DNA of 64,000 nucleotides from an uncultured Pseudomonadota bacterium. GTDB taxonomy: Bacteria > Pseudomonadota > Alphaproteobacteria > Rs-D84. The number at the start of each line of letters is the position of its first letter. Position 1 is the first letter of the stretch. Under the pieces are notes generated by a model that had not been told where the DNA came from, searched no databases, and saw only the letters and a list, made by a program, of their open reading frames with translations. Shown piece by piece: positions 1 through 10,397 of the stretch. The position numbers and the translations under genes are program-made. Location of the stretch: NCBI GenBank assembly GCA_946613885.1, contig CAMOGA010000002.1, positions 27,129-91,128 of the forward strand. The letters run 5' to 3'.

Positions 1-2218
1 TAATTGTAAATGCAATTGATTTATTATTATCGCCCATATCAAACGCATCAAATATCACAGCATTTGAAATACGCCCATCGGCAGAAATTGCCGTTGATAC
101 AATTTTATCTGATGGAAAATCGTGGGCAACAACAAACGCAAAATCACGTTTGATTGGCATAAATTCGGTCACTGGTATTTTCGCATACTTCGGATTTTGT
201 GGCAAATTATTTATGTCTTCAACAATTGCAACAAACACTTTTGTTTTAATATGCATTTGTTTTGCAACATTTGGATGTAATGCACCAAATTCACCAATCA
301 CACGTTTACCCTGGACAATTCTGCCATATTGATATGGATGTGCCCATAATGGCGCATTTGTTGTATCAATTGTATATTTTTGCGCACCAATTAAAGACAA
401 CAAATCAGATTTTACATCAAAAATATCAACACTGCGATTACGTTTTTGCCAATGTTTTTGTGATGTTTCACCGCTGCGAATTATGCAAATTGATGTATGT
501 TGTTCATTTGGCATATCGCCATCAAACACAGTTCCCAATTCAAATATATTCAAATCAGAAAAACCACGTTTTTCATTTTTTTCAACAGCAATCAATAAAT
601 TCCCTAACAAATTATTACGCGCAGTATCTAAATCTACAATAATTGGATTTGCGATTGGAATTATTGGTTTATCTGTTAAAATCTTTTCAATTTTTGAATT
701 ACCGAAACCAAAAGTAATCACCTCGTTCAATCCACGATTTGCCAATTTTTGTTTCAAAGACACGTTCATATCATTATGTGTCACAGATATTGTATTTTCA
801 GACATTTCCTGTAAACCGATTTTTTCATATCCATAAATACGAATCAATTCAGATACTATATTTTCAGGAATCACAACATCTGTTCTTTGTGGATTTGGCA
901 CGATTATCCAATCGCCATTTTTATTTTCAGACACATCAAAATGCAAACGTTGCAAAATATCACGTTGTGTTTTTTCATCTAAATCAATACCTGTTTTTTG
1001 TTTGAACAGTTTCGGACTATACACCACAGATTCCGGTGTATAGGACGTACGCCCTGCAACAGATACATTAACAATTTCACCGCCACATGTATCTGTAATA
1101 ATCTTTGCCGCCAAAGATAACGCAGCCAATGTTCCACCTGGGTTTATTCCGCGTTCATAACGATACGAAGAATCCGTAGATATCCCATGTCTTTTTGATG
1201 ATTTACGAATTGACACTGGGTTAAAGTACGCAGATTCCAATATGATATTTTTTGTCTTGTCACTGGTCATACCACGTGCGCCACCAACAACACCAGCCAA
1301 AGCCAAAACGCCTGCATCATCACAAATTACCAAATCTTTATCACATAATTCATGTTCGTTTCCAAACAAATCTGTGAATTTTTCGCCATTTTTCGCCATA
1401 CGCACAGTTATATCGCCAACAATTTCATCCGCATCAAAACAATGCATTGGTTGTGCCAAATCATAACAAATATAATTCGTTGCATCTATCGGTGCATTTT
1501 TTGGGTTTATACCAGCAGACAATAAACGCGATTGAATTGTTTTATTTGACGGGGAATTTTTAATTCCATGAATTTCGCAAAAACGGTATGTTGGACACGC
1601 GTCAGGTGCCAATAAATTAACCTTGCGTTCACCTTTGACTTCTTTTAACAAATCAATTTTATTTTCAATATATTTGCCTGCACCCGCTGCAGATAAATCC
1701 AGCGCAATTCCACGCACAGCCAAATAATCAGGACGATTTGGTGTAATTGATGTTTCTAAAATTGCAGATGCATTATCACGCAACGCAGATATCGGTTGTC
1801 CAATTGTTTCAATTTTTTCATCCAATTCGATAATTCCACTGTGATCTTCACTGATACCTAATTCTTTTGCAGAACACATCATACCATCAGATACAACACC
1901 ACGCAATTTACCAGATTGAATCACAACATCACCAATTTTACACCCTGGCATCGCCAACGCAGAAACCAAACCAACGCGAACATTTGGCGCACCACATACA
2001 ACCTGACGCAATTTGCCAGACCCATCATCCACCATTAACACATGCAAATGATCTGAATTTTCATGCGGTTTGCACTCAACAATTTTTGCAGCAATTGGTA
2101 AAATAGGGTTGTATAAATCTTCAACCTCTAACCCAATGGCGTTTAATTTATCAGATATTTCTTCTGGGGTTAAATTTGTATCCAGATATTGTTTTAACCA
2201 AGAATAAGACCATTTCAT
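1..2218 (-). CDS. pheT: Phenylalanine-tRNA ligase beta subunit (3' end outside window)
   Basis: Manual translation from ATG 2218: MKWSYSWLKQYLDTNLTPEEISDKLNAIGLEVE..., VCGAPN, SITPNRPDYL, ESAYF, RYERGINP; directly follows pheS. Missing from the ORF track because no stop lies in the window. Confidence 0.97.
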   Translation of the reverse strand, partial: MKWSYSWLKQYLDTNLTPEEISDKLNAIGLEVEDLYNPILPIAAKIVECKPHENSDHLHVLMVDDGSGKLRQVVCGAPNVRVGLVSALAMPGCKIGDVVIQSGKLRGVVSDGMMCSAKELGISEDHSGIIELDEKIETIGQPISALRDNASAILETSITPNRPDYLAVRGIALDLSAAGAGKYIENKIDLLKEVKGERKVNLLAPDACPTYRFCEIHGIKNSPSNKTIQSRLLSAGINPKNAPIDATNYICYDLAQPMHCFDADEIVGDITVRMAKNGEKFTDLFGNEHELCDKDLVICDDAGVLALAGVVGGARGMTSDKTKNIILESAYFNPVSIRKSSKRHGISTDSSYRYERGINPGGTLAALSLAAKIITDTCGGEIVNVSVAGRTSYTPESVVYSPKLFKQKTGIDLDEKTQRDILQRLHFDVSENKNGDWIIVPNPQRTDVVIPENIVSELIRIYGYEKIGLQEMSENTISVTHNDMNVSLKQKLANRGLNEVITFGFGNSKIEKILTDKPIIPIANPIIVDLDTARNNLLGNLLIAVEKNEKRGFSDLNIFELGTVFDGDMPNEQHTSICIIRSGETSQKHWQKRNRSVDIFDVKSDLLSLIGAQKYTIDTTNAPLWAHPYQYGRIVQGKRVIGEFGALHPNVAKQMHIKTKVFVAIVEDINNLPQNPKYAKIPVTEFMPIKRDFAFVVAHDFPSDKIVSTAISADGRISNAVIFDAFDMGDNNKSIAFTI

Positions 2219-2233
2219 TTTATTACCCCTTTA

Positions 2234-3178
2234 TTAAAAACCACTGTTTTTTAACCAGCGCACATCACCGTCATAAAATGCACGTATATCATTTAAACCA
2301 TATTTCAACATCGCCATACGATCCCATCCAAATCCAAACGCAAATCCCTGATATTCATCTGGATTTATCTTACAATTACGTAAAACATTTGGATGAACCA
2401 TACCGGCACCACCCAATTCAATCCATTTTCCTTTGTCCCATTTCATATCAAATTCAATAGATGGCTCTGTGAACGGGAAATAAGACGGACGAATACGGAT
2501 TTCAATTTCACGTTCAAAAAATCGTGACAATAAATTTCTTAACGTAGCAACCAAATCAGACATTGTTATATTTTTATCAACATATAAACCTTCCATTTGA
2601 CCGAACATCGCAGAATGTGTTGCATCCAATTCTTTACGATAAGTCGAACCAATTGCAAAAATCTTTATTGGTGCGCCAATTTTTTCCATCGCGCGAATTT
2701 GAATCGCAGATGTTTGTGTTCTCATAACATTACCGTTTTTCAAAAAGAAAGTATCTTGCATATCACGGGCAGGGTGATATTCCGGGGTATTCAACGCGGT
2801 AAAATTATGCCAATCATCTTCTATCTCTGGTCCGGTACACAGTGTAAAACCGAAAGATTCCAAAATCGCAGACAATTCTTTTAATGATTGTGTTAATGGA
2901 TGCAATGTTCCATGATTTTGCGGTTCATTATCCAACGTCACATCAACATATTCTGTTGCCAACTTTGCATTTAACGCCGCCAATTCTAATTCGTTTTGTT
3001 TTTCTTTAAACAATTGACGTAGTTCGCTGTTTTCTGCATTAATTGCCGCGCGTTCATCGTTTGATAAATTCGCCATATTTTTTAATTGCAATGTCATTGT
3101 TCCGTTTTTACCGAACGTATCAGAATATAATTTCTGTAAATCTTCCAACGTTTTTGTATTTTTAATTTTATCTTTCAT
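2234..3178 (-). CDS. pheS: Phenylalanine-tRNA ligase alpha subunit
   Basis: HPARDMQDTF, MRTQTS, SYFPFTEPS, GFAFGFGWDR motifs; start taken at MKDKIK (3178) after GGGGAAA. Confidence 0.97.
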   Translation of the reverse strand: MKDKIKNTKTLEDLQKLYSDTFGKNGTMTLQLKNMANLSNDERAAINAENSELRQLFKEKQNELELAALNAKLATEYVDVTLDNEPQNHGTLHPLTQSLKELSAILESFGFTLCTGPEIEDDWHNFTALNTPEYHPARDMQDTFFLKNGNVMRTQTSAIQIRAMEKIGAPIKIFAIGSTYRKELDATHSAMFGQMEGLYVDKNITMSDLVATLRNLLSRFFEREIEIRIRPSYFPFTEPSIEFDMKWDKGKWIELGGAGMVHPNVLRNCKINPDEYQGFAFGFGWDRMAMLKYGLNDIRAFYDGDVRWLKNSGF

Positions 3179-3194
3179 TTTTTCCCCGTTTATT

Positions 3195-3224
3195 AAAAAA
3201 ACAGACCGTAATACTTTACGGTCT
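3195..3224 (-). terminator. Intrinsic terminator between rplT and pheS
   Basis: Minus strand AGACCGTAA-agta-TTACGGTCT followed by GTTTTTTT. Confidence 0.7.
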
Positions 3225-3258
3225 TTATTTTGACAAAACAAACATCTGCCGTAAAGCA

Positions 3259-3627
3259 CTATTTTGCATTATCGGCAATAAATCGTTTTGCTGTATCAAT
3301 CAACGTATCGAAGTTTTTATCAGCATCATACGCCATTTGGGCCAACACTTTGCGGTCCAAATTAATACCTGCCTTTTTCAAACCGTTCATAAATTGACTA
3401 TAAGTCAAACCATTGCCACGTACCGCAGCATTAATACGAACAATCCACAAAGAACGAAAATCGCGTTTCTTTTGACGGCGATCACGATATGCATATTGTC
3501 CTGCCTTTTCGGTTTTTTCACGTGCTGCACGATATGTTGAATGATGGCGTCCCAAATAACCTTTGGCACGTTCCAATATCTTGTTATGTTTTTGCTTAAC
3601 GGTTGTTCCGCGTTTTACTCTTGCCAT
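3259..3627 (-). CDS. rplT: 50S ribosomal protein L20
   Basis: MARVKRG...[23 protein letters not shown]. Confidence 0.99.
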   Translation of the reverse strand: MARVKRGTTVKQKHNKILERAKGYLGRHHSTYRAAREKTEKAGQYAYRDRRQKKRDFRSLWIVRINAAVRGNGLTYSQFMNGLKKAGINLDRKVLAQMAYDADKNFDTLIDTAKRFIADNAK

Positions 3628-3638
3628 AATTGCCCCCT

Positions 3639-3842
3639 TTATTTCAATCCATATGGAGCCAAGATTTTGGCCTGACCCATCATGTTATCGTTCAAATACT
3701 GTGGCTTTGTTCCAGCGTTATTTGCGCGTTTGGAATGATGCGACAGACATTTATGGTGAGCATTTCTAGCAACGCGAACCTTTCCCGTTGCAGTCATAGA
3801 CGCACGCTTTTTCAGGTACGATTTTGTTTTTAATTTTGGCAT
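3639..3842 (-). CDS. rpmI: 50S ribosomal protein L35
   Basis: [11 protein letters not shown]...TATGKV; upstream of rplT. Confidence 0.97.
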   Translation of the reverse strand: MPKLKTKSYLKKRASMTATGKVRVARNAHHKCLSHHSKRANNAGTKPQYLNDNMMGQAKILAPYGLK

Positions 3843-3968
3843 TTTTAATCCTTTTAGTTAATACCTCGTGGCAATGCCTTGCCATGTCGGATGTGCTTAT
3901 TTTGACATATTAAAAAGAAAAATCAAGTTTTTATTGAATATTACCTTTTTTGCGTTAAAGTATTACGT

Positions 3969-4790
3969 ATGATACGTGACAAATCAACTTATAAACTAAA
4001 ACGAATTATACACGCTGCAATTGCTGCGGTTGCTTTTTCTGTATTTATCATATATGTAATGGTTGCAAAACCAAACTATAACATTATGAACGGGGCGGCA
4101 CACATATTTTTACCAATTGCAAACGGTGTTGGTAATGTTATTACATGGCCTGTACGTGCGGTTGGAAATGGTGTAAAATGGGTCAAAGAAACATCAAATT
4201 TACGTACAGAAAACAAAAGATTACGTAAAAAATTGGATGAAATGTTGGCAAATCAAAATGCATGCGATATTGCAATCTTAGAAAACAAAAAATTGGAAAA
4301 CGAAATAAACATAAAACACGCATCTCCTTATAATACAGTTATCGCAGACATTTTATTTGATGATGCGGCATTTCATCATAACAGTTTCTTGATTAACCGT
4401 GGAAAACGGCATGGATTAAATCGTGGGATGGTTGTTGTATCTTTTGATAATCGTCTGGTTGGAACGATATCAGATTGTGGTTCACAATTTTGCCGTGTTC
4501 GTGCATTAACCGATTCTGATACTAACATTGCGGTCAGGATTAGTGGTGCGGATATTTCTGGTTTCTTGCGTGGCAATGGCAAATCTGCCGCAGATATTGG
4601 TTTTTTCAGTGACACTCAATTTATTGCACGCCCTGGGTTAAAGGTTATAACTTCAAACATCAGTGGTGTTTTACCATCTGGCATATATATCGGCGATACA
4701 ACAGAAAACAATCGTGTTGATGTGTTAAGACCAAATAATATATCACGTGTTATGGTATTACAATATAACGATATGGATTCTTACCAATAA
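3969..4790 (+). CDS. mreC: Rod shape-determining protein MreC
   Basis: N-terminal TM, coiled coil, INRGKRHGL..GMVV, LVGTI, VLPSGIYIG; synteny with mreD/mrdA/rodA. Confidence 0.9.
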   Translation: MIRDKSTYKLKRIIHAAIAAVAFSVFIIYVMVAKPNYNIMNGAAHIFLPIANGVGNVITWPVRAVGNGVKWVKETSNLRTENKRLRKKLDEMLANQNACDIAILENKKLENEINIKHASPYNTVIADILFDDAAFHHNSFLINRGKRHGLNRGMVVVSFDNRLVGTISDCGSQFCRVRALTDSDTNIAVRISGADISGFLRGNGKSAADIGFFSDTQFIARPGLKVITSNISGVLPSGIYIGDTTENNRVDVLRPNNISRVMVLQYNDMDSYQ

Positions 4791-5239
4791 TGTACAAAAT
4801 TATACCTTTTTTAAAAAAATCGTTGCCATTTTTAATGACATTATTTTTGTGGCGTATGTCTGTGCATTTTTGGAATCCGGCTGGGATATTGGCATTAATA
4901 CCAATATTTTATTATACGTTTGTCCGGCATACTAAATGGTTTGCATTATTTGGTTTTATTTTTTGTTTTTTAATTGACTATCGTTGTAATTTACCATTAT
5001 TTTGGTCATGTATTTATTGTCTGTTTTACGCTGCTGATGGATTTCAAAATTACATAGATATTGAACACATGGATAATAACGCCCAATTTGGATTTATGTT
5101 TTTTTCTGGTTTGGGAATAATATTGTTAATATTTTCTGGATTGACGTGGTTAAATCTTGTAAATAATATATGGTTGTTTTTATGGTTAAACGTATTATAC
5201 ATACCAATAACACATTTAGATAATTGGGCAAAACAATGA
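4790..5239 (+). CDS. mreD: MreD-like membrane protein
   Basis: 149 aa, highly hydrophobic, overlaps mreC and mrdA; assigned mainly by position. Confidence 0.65.
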   Translation: MYKIIPFLKKSLPFLMTLFLWRMSVHFWNPAGILALIPIFYYTFVRHTKWFALFGFIFCFLIDYRCNLPLFWSCIYCLFYAADGFQNYIDIEHMDNNAQFGFMFFSGLGIILLIFSGLTWLNLVNNIWLFLWLNVLYIPITHLDNWAKQ

Positions 5240-7002
5240 TAGATACCGAGGTTGCACGTACCTTTGACAGACGCAGCGCACTGTTTTTAACAGGCGGCGC
5301 AGTATTAACATCTGTGTTAATTTTGCGTATGTTGCAGATGCAGGTTTTTGAATACAAAAATTATTTGAAAAAAAGTGAAAACAATTCTTTTCGTATTCAA
5401 AACATAATGCCAAAACGTGGCAGTATTTTATCAGAATCTGGGTCTGTTATTTCCAGAGATGCACCAATATATCGCATTTATTTAATACCAGAAGAATCTG
5501 ATGATATACAATCTGCATTGGATATTATTGAAAAAGATTTAAATTTGCGCAAAAAAACCATTGAACGAATTTGGCGTAATATAAAAAAACAGGCACCTTT
5601 TCAACCCGTATTAATCACAGAAAATTCTGATTGGAATACATTGGCACGTTTATCTGCAAAAAATATTCCAGGAATTTACATTGGAAACGGTTTTTCACGT
5701 GTTTACGAAATGGGACCTGCTGGGGCCCAGGTTTTTGGTTATGTTGGCGCGCCAAATAAACCGGTTGCAAATACACCATTTTTTACAACAGGTATAAATG
5801 GTTTGGAAAAAAGATTTAATGATGATATGGCTGGCACAAACGGTCAAACTGTTCTGGTAACAAATGCTGTTGGTCGTATTACTGGCGAAGACAAAACACA
5901 ATTTGTTGCGCCAATTGTTGGGCACGATATAAAAACAACTATACGTGATAATATACAAAAAGTATTGTATGATTCTTTGGTAATGAATCATGCGGGTTGC
6001 GGTGTTGTATTGGATATTGAAAACGGAAATATTCTGGCAATGGCATCCAGTCCAAGTTTTGATGCAAATAAATTTAAAACAGATGATGGCGAAGAATATA
6101 TTGCGTCATTAATGGACGATGTTGCAAAACCTTTTATGAATAAAACAATCGAAGGTTTATATCCACCCGGCTCTACATTTAAAATAGTGGTTGCTTTGGC
6201 GGCATTGGAAAGTGGTGCAATATCACCAAAAGAAAGTGTATTTTGTCGTGGATTTTGGGAATATGGTAAACATAAATATCACTGTTGGGAAAAACATGGT
6301 CATGGACGTGTTGATTTATACGGTGCATTAAAACATTCTTGCGACACATATTTTTATCAACTGGCATTAAAAATAGGAATTGATGCGATAAAAAGTATGG
6401 CATTAAAACTGGGGTTAAATCAAAAATATATGGACGATGTTTTGGCACATGAAATGCCAGGTATTATTCCAGACAGACGATGGAAGGAAAAAAATGTTGG
6501 TGCATCGTGGGTTCACGGTGATACTGTTATTTCTGGCATTGGTCAGGGTTTTATTTTAACGAACTGTCTGCAATTGGCGGTAATGATGGCACGCGTTGCG
6601 TCAAACAAACAAATAAAACCACGTTTGATATATTCTGATGAAAATCCGAACTTTCCAGATTTAGGATTACAAGAAAAAAACATAAAACATGTTTTAACAG
6701 GTCTGGAACAGGTCACACAAAAAGGCGGCACCGCATCAGGCAGTGCCATCAATGTTCACGGTAAAAAAATGGGCGGTAAAACTGGTACATCCCAGGTTCG
6801 CAATATTTCAAAGAAAGAACGTGCAAGTGGTGTTTTAACAAACAGTCAATTAAAATGGAATATGCGCAATCATGGATTATTTGTTGGATACGCACCAACA
6901 GATGCCCCAAAATACGCTGCATGCGTGATAATGGAACATGCCGGTGGTTCTACACCTGCGGCACGCGCTGTATCAAAAATAATGAAGGAATTATTAAAAT
7001 AA
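5236..7002 (+). CDS. mrdA: Penicillin-binding protein 2
   Basis: YPPGSTFK (SxxK), SCD, KTGTSQ motifs; N-terminal TM. Confidence 0.96.
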   Translation: MIDTEVARTFDRRSALFLTGGAVLTSVLILRMLQMQVFEYKNYLKKSENNSFRIQNIMPKRGSILSESGSVISRDAPIYRIYLIPEESDDIQSALDIIEKDLNLRKKTIERIWRNIKKQAPFQPVLITENSDWNTLARLSAKNIPGIYIGNGFSRVYEMGPAGAQVFGYVGAPNKPVANTPFFTTGINGLEKRFNDDMAGTNGQTVLVTNAVGRITGEDKTQFVAPIVGHDIKTTIRDNIQKVLYDSLVMNHAGCGVVLDIENGNILAMASSPSFDANKFKTDDGEEYIASLMDDVAKPFMNKTIEGLYPPGSTFKIVVALAALESGAISPKESVFCRGFWEYGKHKYHCWEKHGHGRVDLYGALKHSCDTYFYQLALKIGIDAIKSMALKLGLNQKYMDDVLAHEMPGIIPDRRWKEKNVGASWVHGDTVISGIGQGFILTNCLQLAVMMARVASNKQIKPRLIYSDENPNFPDLGLQEKNIKHVLTGLEQVTQKGGTASGSAINVHGKKMGGKTGTSQVRNISKKERASGVLTNSQLKWNMRNHGLFVGYAPTDAPKYAACVIMEHAGGSTPAARAVSKIMKELLK

Positions 7003-7003
7003 A

Positions 7004-8149
7004 ATGTCAACAACAACACGCGTTTCTAATGCAAACATGATGAATTTCAGTGAAAAATTATCACGTTTTTCATTGGTATTGTTTATACCAATGTGTGTTG
7101 TTTTAATGCTATCAATTGTTGTTCTGTTCAGTGCTGGTGGTGGTTCATGGACGCCGTTCGCGATGTCGCAATTATTAAAAATAATTTTTGGATTATTTGT
7201 ATTCTTTTTTGTATCTTTTTCAAACATCAAGACATGGATAAAATCTGCATATTTTATTTATGCGATTGCTTTAATTTTAGTTATTTTAGTGACTTTTATC
7301 GGTGATGTTGGTATGGGTGCACAACGATGGTTATCAATTGGCGGTATAAATATTCAACCATCAGAATTTATAAAAATTGCACTGGTATTGGCATTGGCAC
7401 GTTATTTTGCATGGCAAAACAGTGTTGAATTATCACAATTCAAAAATTATTTAATACCGATATTTATGCTGTTAGTCCCATTTTTATTGATTTGTGCACA
7501 ACCAGATTTGGGTACTGGCATATCATTGGGTTTAATTACAGTTGGTATGTTTTATATTGTTGGTGCAAATAAAAAATGGTTTTTAATTGCTGGAATTTTA
7601 GGTTTATTGGCGGCACCTGTTATTTGGTATGGTGGCATGCATGATTATCAACGAAATCGTATTATAACTTTTATAAACCCAGAAATGGATGCACGCGGGG
7701 CAGGGTACCAAATAAATCAGGCAAAAATAGCATTTGGCTCTGGCGGAATAATTGGCAAAGGATATATGTCTGGAACCCAGGCACAACAATCGTTTTTACC
7801 AGAAAAACAAACAGATTTTATATTCACGATGTTGGGTGAAGAATTTGGATTTATTGGTGCATTTATGTTATTAATGATATATACATTTATTGTAATTATG
7901 CTGTTTTGGGCGGCAAAAACATGCCGAAACAGATTTGGTCAATTAATATGTTTTGGTTTTATGTTGAACTTTTTCATTTATTATTTTATAAATATATCTA
8001 TGGTTCTTGGAATATTACCGACAGTTGGTGTTCCATTACCATTAATGTCTTTTGGTGGCAGCAGTTTGATATCATTATTATTTGGTTTTGGTTTATGTCA
8101 AAATGCACACATCCACAAAGACCAACAATTATCATCCAGGGGGTTTTAA
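7004..8149 (+). CDS. rodA: SEDS peptidoglycan glycosyltransferase RodA
   Basis: GAQRWL, IQPSEF, QPDLGT, LPEKQTDFIF, PLMSFGGSS. Confidence 0.96.
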   Translation: MSTTTRVSNANMMNFSEKLSRFSLVLFIPMCVVLMLSIVVLFSAGGGSWTPFAMSQLLKIIFGLFVFFFVSFSNIKTWIKSAYFIYAIALILVILVTFIGDVGMGAQRWLSIGGINIQPSEFIKIALVLALARYFAWQNSVELSQFKNYLIPIFMLLVPFLLICAQPDLGTGISLGLITVGMFYIVGANKKWFLIAGILGLLAAPVIWYGGMHDYQRNRIITFINPEMDARGAGYQINQAKIAFGSGGIIGKGYMSGTQAQQSFLPEKQTDFIFTMLGEEFGFIGAFMLLMIYTFIVIMLFWAAKTCRNRFGQLICFGFMLNFFIYYFINISMVLGILPTVGVPLPLMSFGGSSLISLLFGFGLCQNAHIHKDQQLSSRGF

Positions 8150-8150
8150 A

Positions 8151-10397
8151 ATGAATCTGTTAATCGTCGAATCACCATCCAAGGCAAAAACTATTGAAAA
8201 ATACCTGGGGTCAGGTTGGCGTGTTATTGCATCTGTTGGACATGTTCGTGATTTAGTTCCCGAATCTGGCAGTGTTGATACAGAACATGATTTTGCCCCA
8301 AAATGGCAAATTATGCCCGGCAAAGAAAAACAAATTAAATTGATAATTGATGAAATAAAAAAGGCAGATAATATATATCTGGCATCCGATCCGGACCGCG
8401 AAGGTGAAGCCATCGCATGGCATATTAATGATATTTTAACTGCACGCAAAGTATTAAATGGTAAAAATATTTATCGTGTCGCATTTCATGAAATAACCAA
8501 ACATGCAATTGTTGATGCAATTAATCATCCACGTGAAATTGATAAAAATCTGGTTGATGCATATCTGGTTCGCAGAATATTAGATTATTTAATTGGATTT
8601 GGAATTTCACCATTGTTATGGAAGAAAAATCTGGGTAAATCTGCGGGTCGTGTTCAAAGTGTTGCCGTCAGATTGGTTATTGACCGTGAAAAAGAAATTG
8701 AAAGTTTTAAACCAGTTGAATATTGGAATATAACCGCAAATTGTGAAAAAGATAAAAATAAATTTGATGCAAATTTAATTAAATTTGATGGTCGCAAAAT
8801 TGAAAAAATGACGTTAGAAAATAAAACCATGGTTGATGATATTTTATCATCATTAAATACCCCAACCATTGGCACAGTTTCAAATATTGATAAAAAGAAA
8901 ACTCAACGTCATGCATATGCGCCATTTACAACATCAACATTACAACAAGATGCAGCGAATAAATTACATTTTTCATCTAAACGAACTATGGCAACAGCGC
9001 AAAAGTTATACGAGGCAGGATTTATCACGTATATGCGAACTGATGCAACAAATTTGTCTGTTGATGCAGTAAATGAAATTCGTGAATACATAAATAAAGA
9101 ATATGGTGATAAATTTTTACCAAAAACACCAAATGTTTATGTCACAAAATCTAAAAATGCCCAAGAGGCCCACGAAGCAATTCGTCCAACACATTTTACT
9201 AATTCAAAAAATGATTTATCTGGGGACGAGGCAAAACTGTATGATTTAATCTGGAAACGTACAATTGCATGTCAAATGACAAACGCAGAATTTGATTCTG
9301 TATCTGTTGATATAGATGTAAAAAAATGTGTATTCCATTGTGTCGGGACAACACGTACTTTTGACGGTTTTATGCGTGTTTATGTTGAAGACAATGAAGA
9401 TAACAAAGACGATAAAAATGTAAAATTACCACCATTAAATATAAACGATGAAATTGAAATAAAATCTGTAAATGGTGAACAACATTTTACACAACCACCC
9501 GCACGTTTTACAGAGGCATCATTGGTTAAAAAACTGGAAGAACTGGGTATTGGTCGTCCGTCAACATATGCGACAATTATGTCAACAATCGTTGACAGAA
9601 AATATGTTGAGCAAGATAAACAACATCGTTTTCATCCAACACCTGCTGGTTGGGTATTAATTGCATACTTATCAAATTATTTTTCAGATTTAGTTGATGT
9701 TAATTTTACCGCAAAAACAGAAGATACTCTGGATGATGTTTCAAACGGAACACGTGATAAATTATCATCATTAAAATCTTTCTGGGAACCAACAAATAAA
9801 ACGATTGAATCGGCACGTGATGTAAAAACAACCGACATAATAAACAAAATAAATGAATTTATGAATTATCATTTGTTCCATGGTGAAAACGACAAATGTC
9901 CAAAATGTGGTGGAAAATTAAGTATAAAATTGGCTAAAAATGGTGCATTTATTGGATGCACAAATTATCCAAAATGTAATTATACAGCAAATTTATCTGA
10001 TACATCAAAAACACCCGAAAACATCGAAAAAACAGATACACCGACAGAAAAAAAATTGGATGAAAATATCACATTTAAAATCGGTAAATATGGCCCATAT
10101 GTGACAGATGGAAATAAAAATGTATCTGCAAAAAAATACACAATAGAAACCATAACTTTGGATATTGCACGTGAATTATTAAACGGTGAAAAAAAGAAAA
10201 TAGAACCATTAAAATTGGGTAAAAATCCAAAAACAGACAAAGAAATTTATTATTATCCAGATGGTCGATATGGTCCGTATATATCATCAAATCGTGTTAA
10301 CGTTTCTGTTCAGGAACAACCTGATTTAGAAACGGCGATTGATTTAATAAATAATAAAAAATCTGTTCCACGCAAATTCGTCAAAGGTAAAAAATAA
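8151..10397 (+). CDS. topA: DNA topoisomerase I
   Basis: MNLLIVESPSKAKTI, DPDREGEAI, SAGRVQS, ITYMRTD, C4 zinc ribbon. Confidence 0.98.
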   Translation: MNLLIVESPSKAKTIEKYLGSGWRVIASVGHVRDLVPESGSVDTEHDFAPKWQIMPGKEKQIKLIIDEIKKADNIYLASDPDREGEAIAWHINDILTARKVLNGKNIYRVAFHEITKHAIVDAINHPREIDKNLVDAYLVRRILDYLIGFGISPLLWKKNLGKSAGRVQSVAVRLVIDREKEIESFKPVEYWNITANCEKDKNKFDANLIKFDGRKIEKMTLENKTMVDDILSSLNTPTIGTVSNIDKKKTQRHAYAPFTTSTLQQDAANKLHFSSKRTMATAQKLYEAGFITYMRTDATNLSVDAVNEIREYINKEYGDKFLPKTPNVYVTKSKNAQEAHEAIRPTHFTNSKNDLSGDEAKLYDLIWKRTIACQMTNAEFDSVSVDIDVKKCVFHCVGTTRTFDGFMRVYVEDNEDNKDDKNVKLPPLNINDEIEIKSVNGEQHFTQPPARFTEASLVKKLEELGIGRPSTYATIMSTIVDRKYVEQDKQHRFHPTPAGWVLIAYLSNYFSDLVDVNFTAKTEDTLDDVSNGTRDKLSSLKSFWEPTNKTIESARDVKTTDIINKINEFMNYHLFHGENDKCPKCGGKLSIKLAKNGAFIGCTNYPKCNYTANLSDTSKTPENIEKTDTPTEKKLDENITFKIGKYGPYVTDGNKNVSAKKYTIETITLDIARELLNGEKKKIEPLKLGKNPKTDKEIYYYPDGRYGPYISSNRVNVSVQEQPDLETAIDLINNKKSVPRKFVKGKK

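Noticed and set aside
150-2460. Short plus-strand ORFs
   Set aside because: Antisense shadows of pheT and pheS.
3179-3259. N-terminal extension of PheS in the ORF track
   Set aside because: Covers a terminator hairpin; ATG 3178 has a purine-rich SD and fits PheS.
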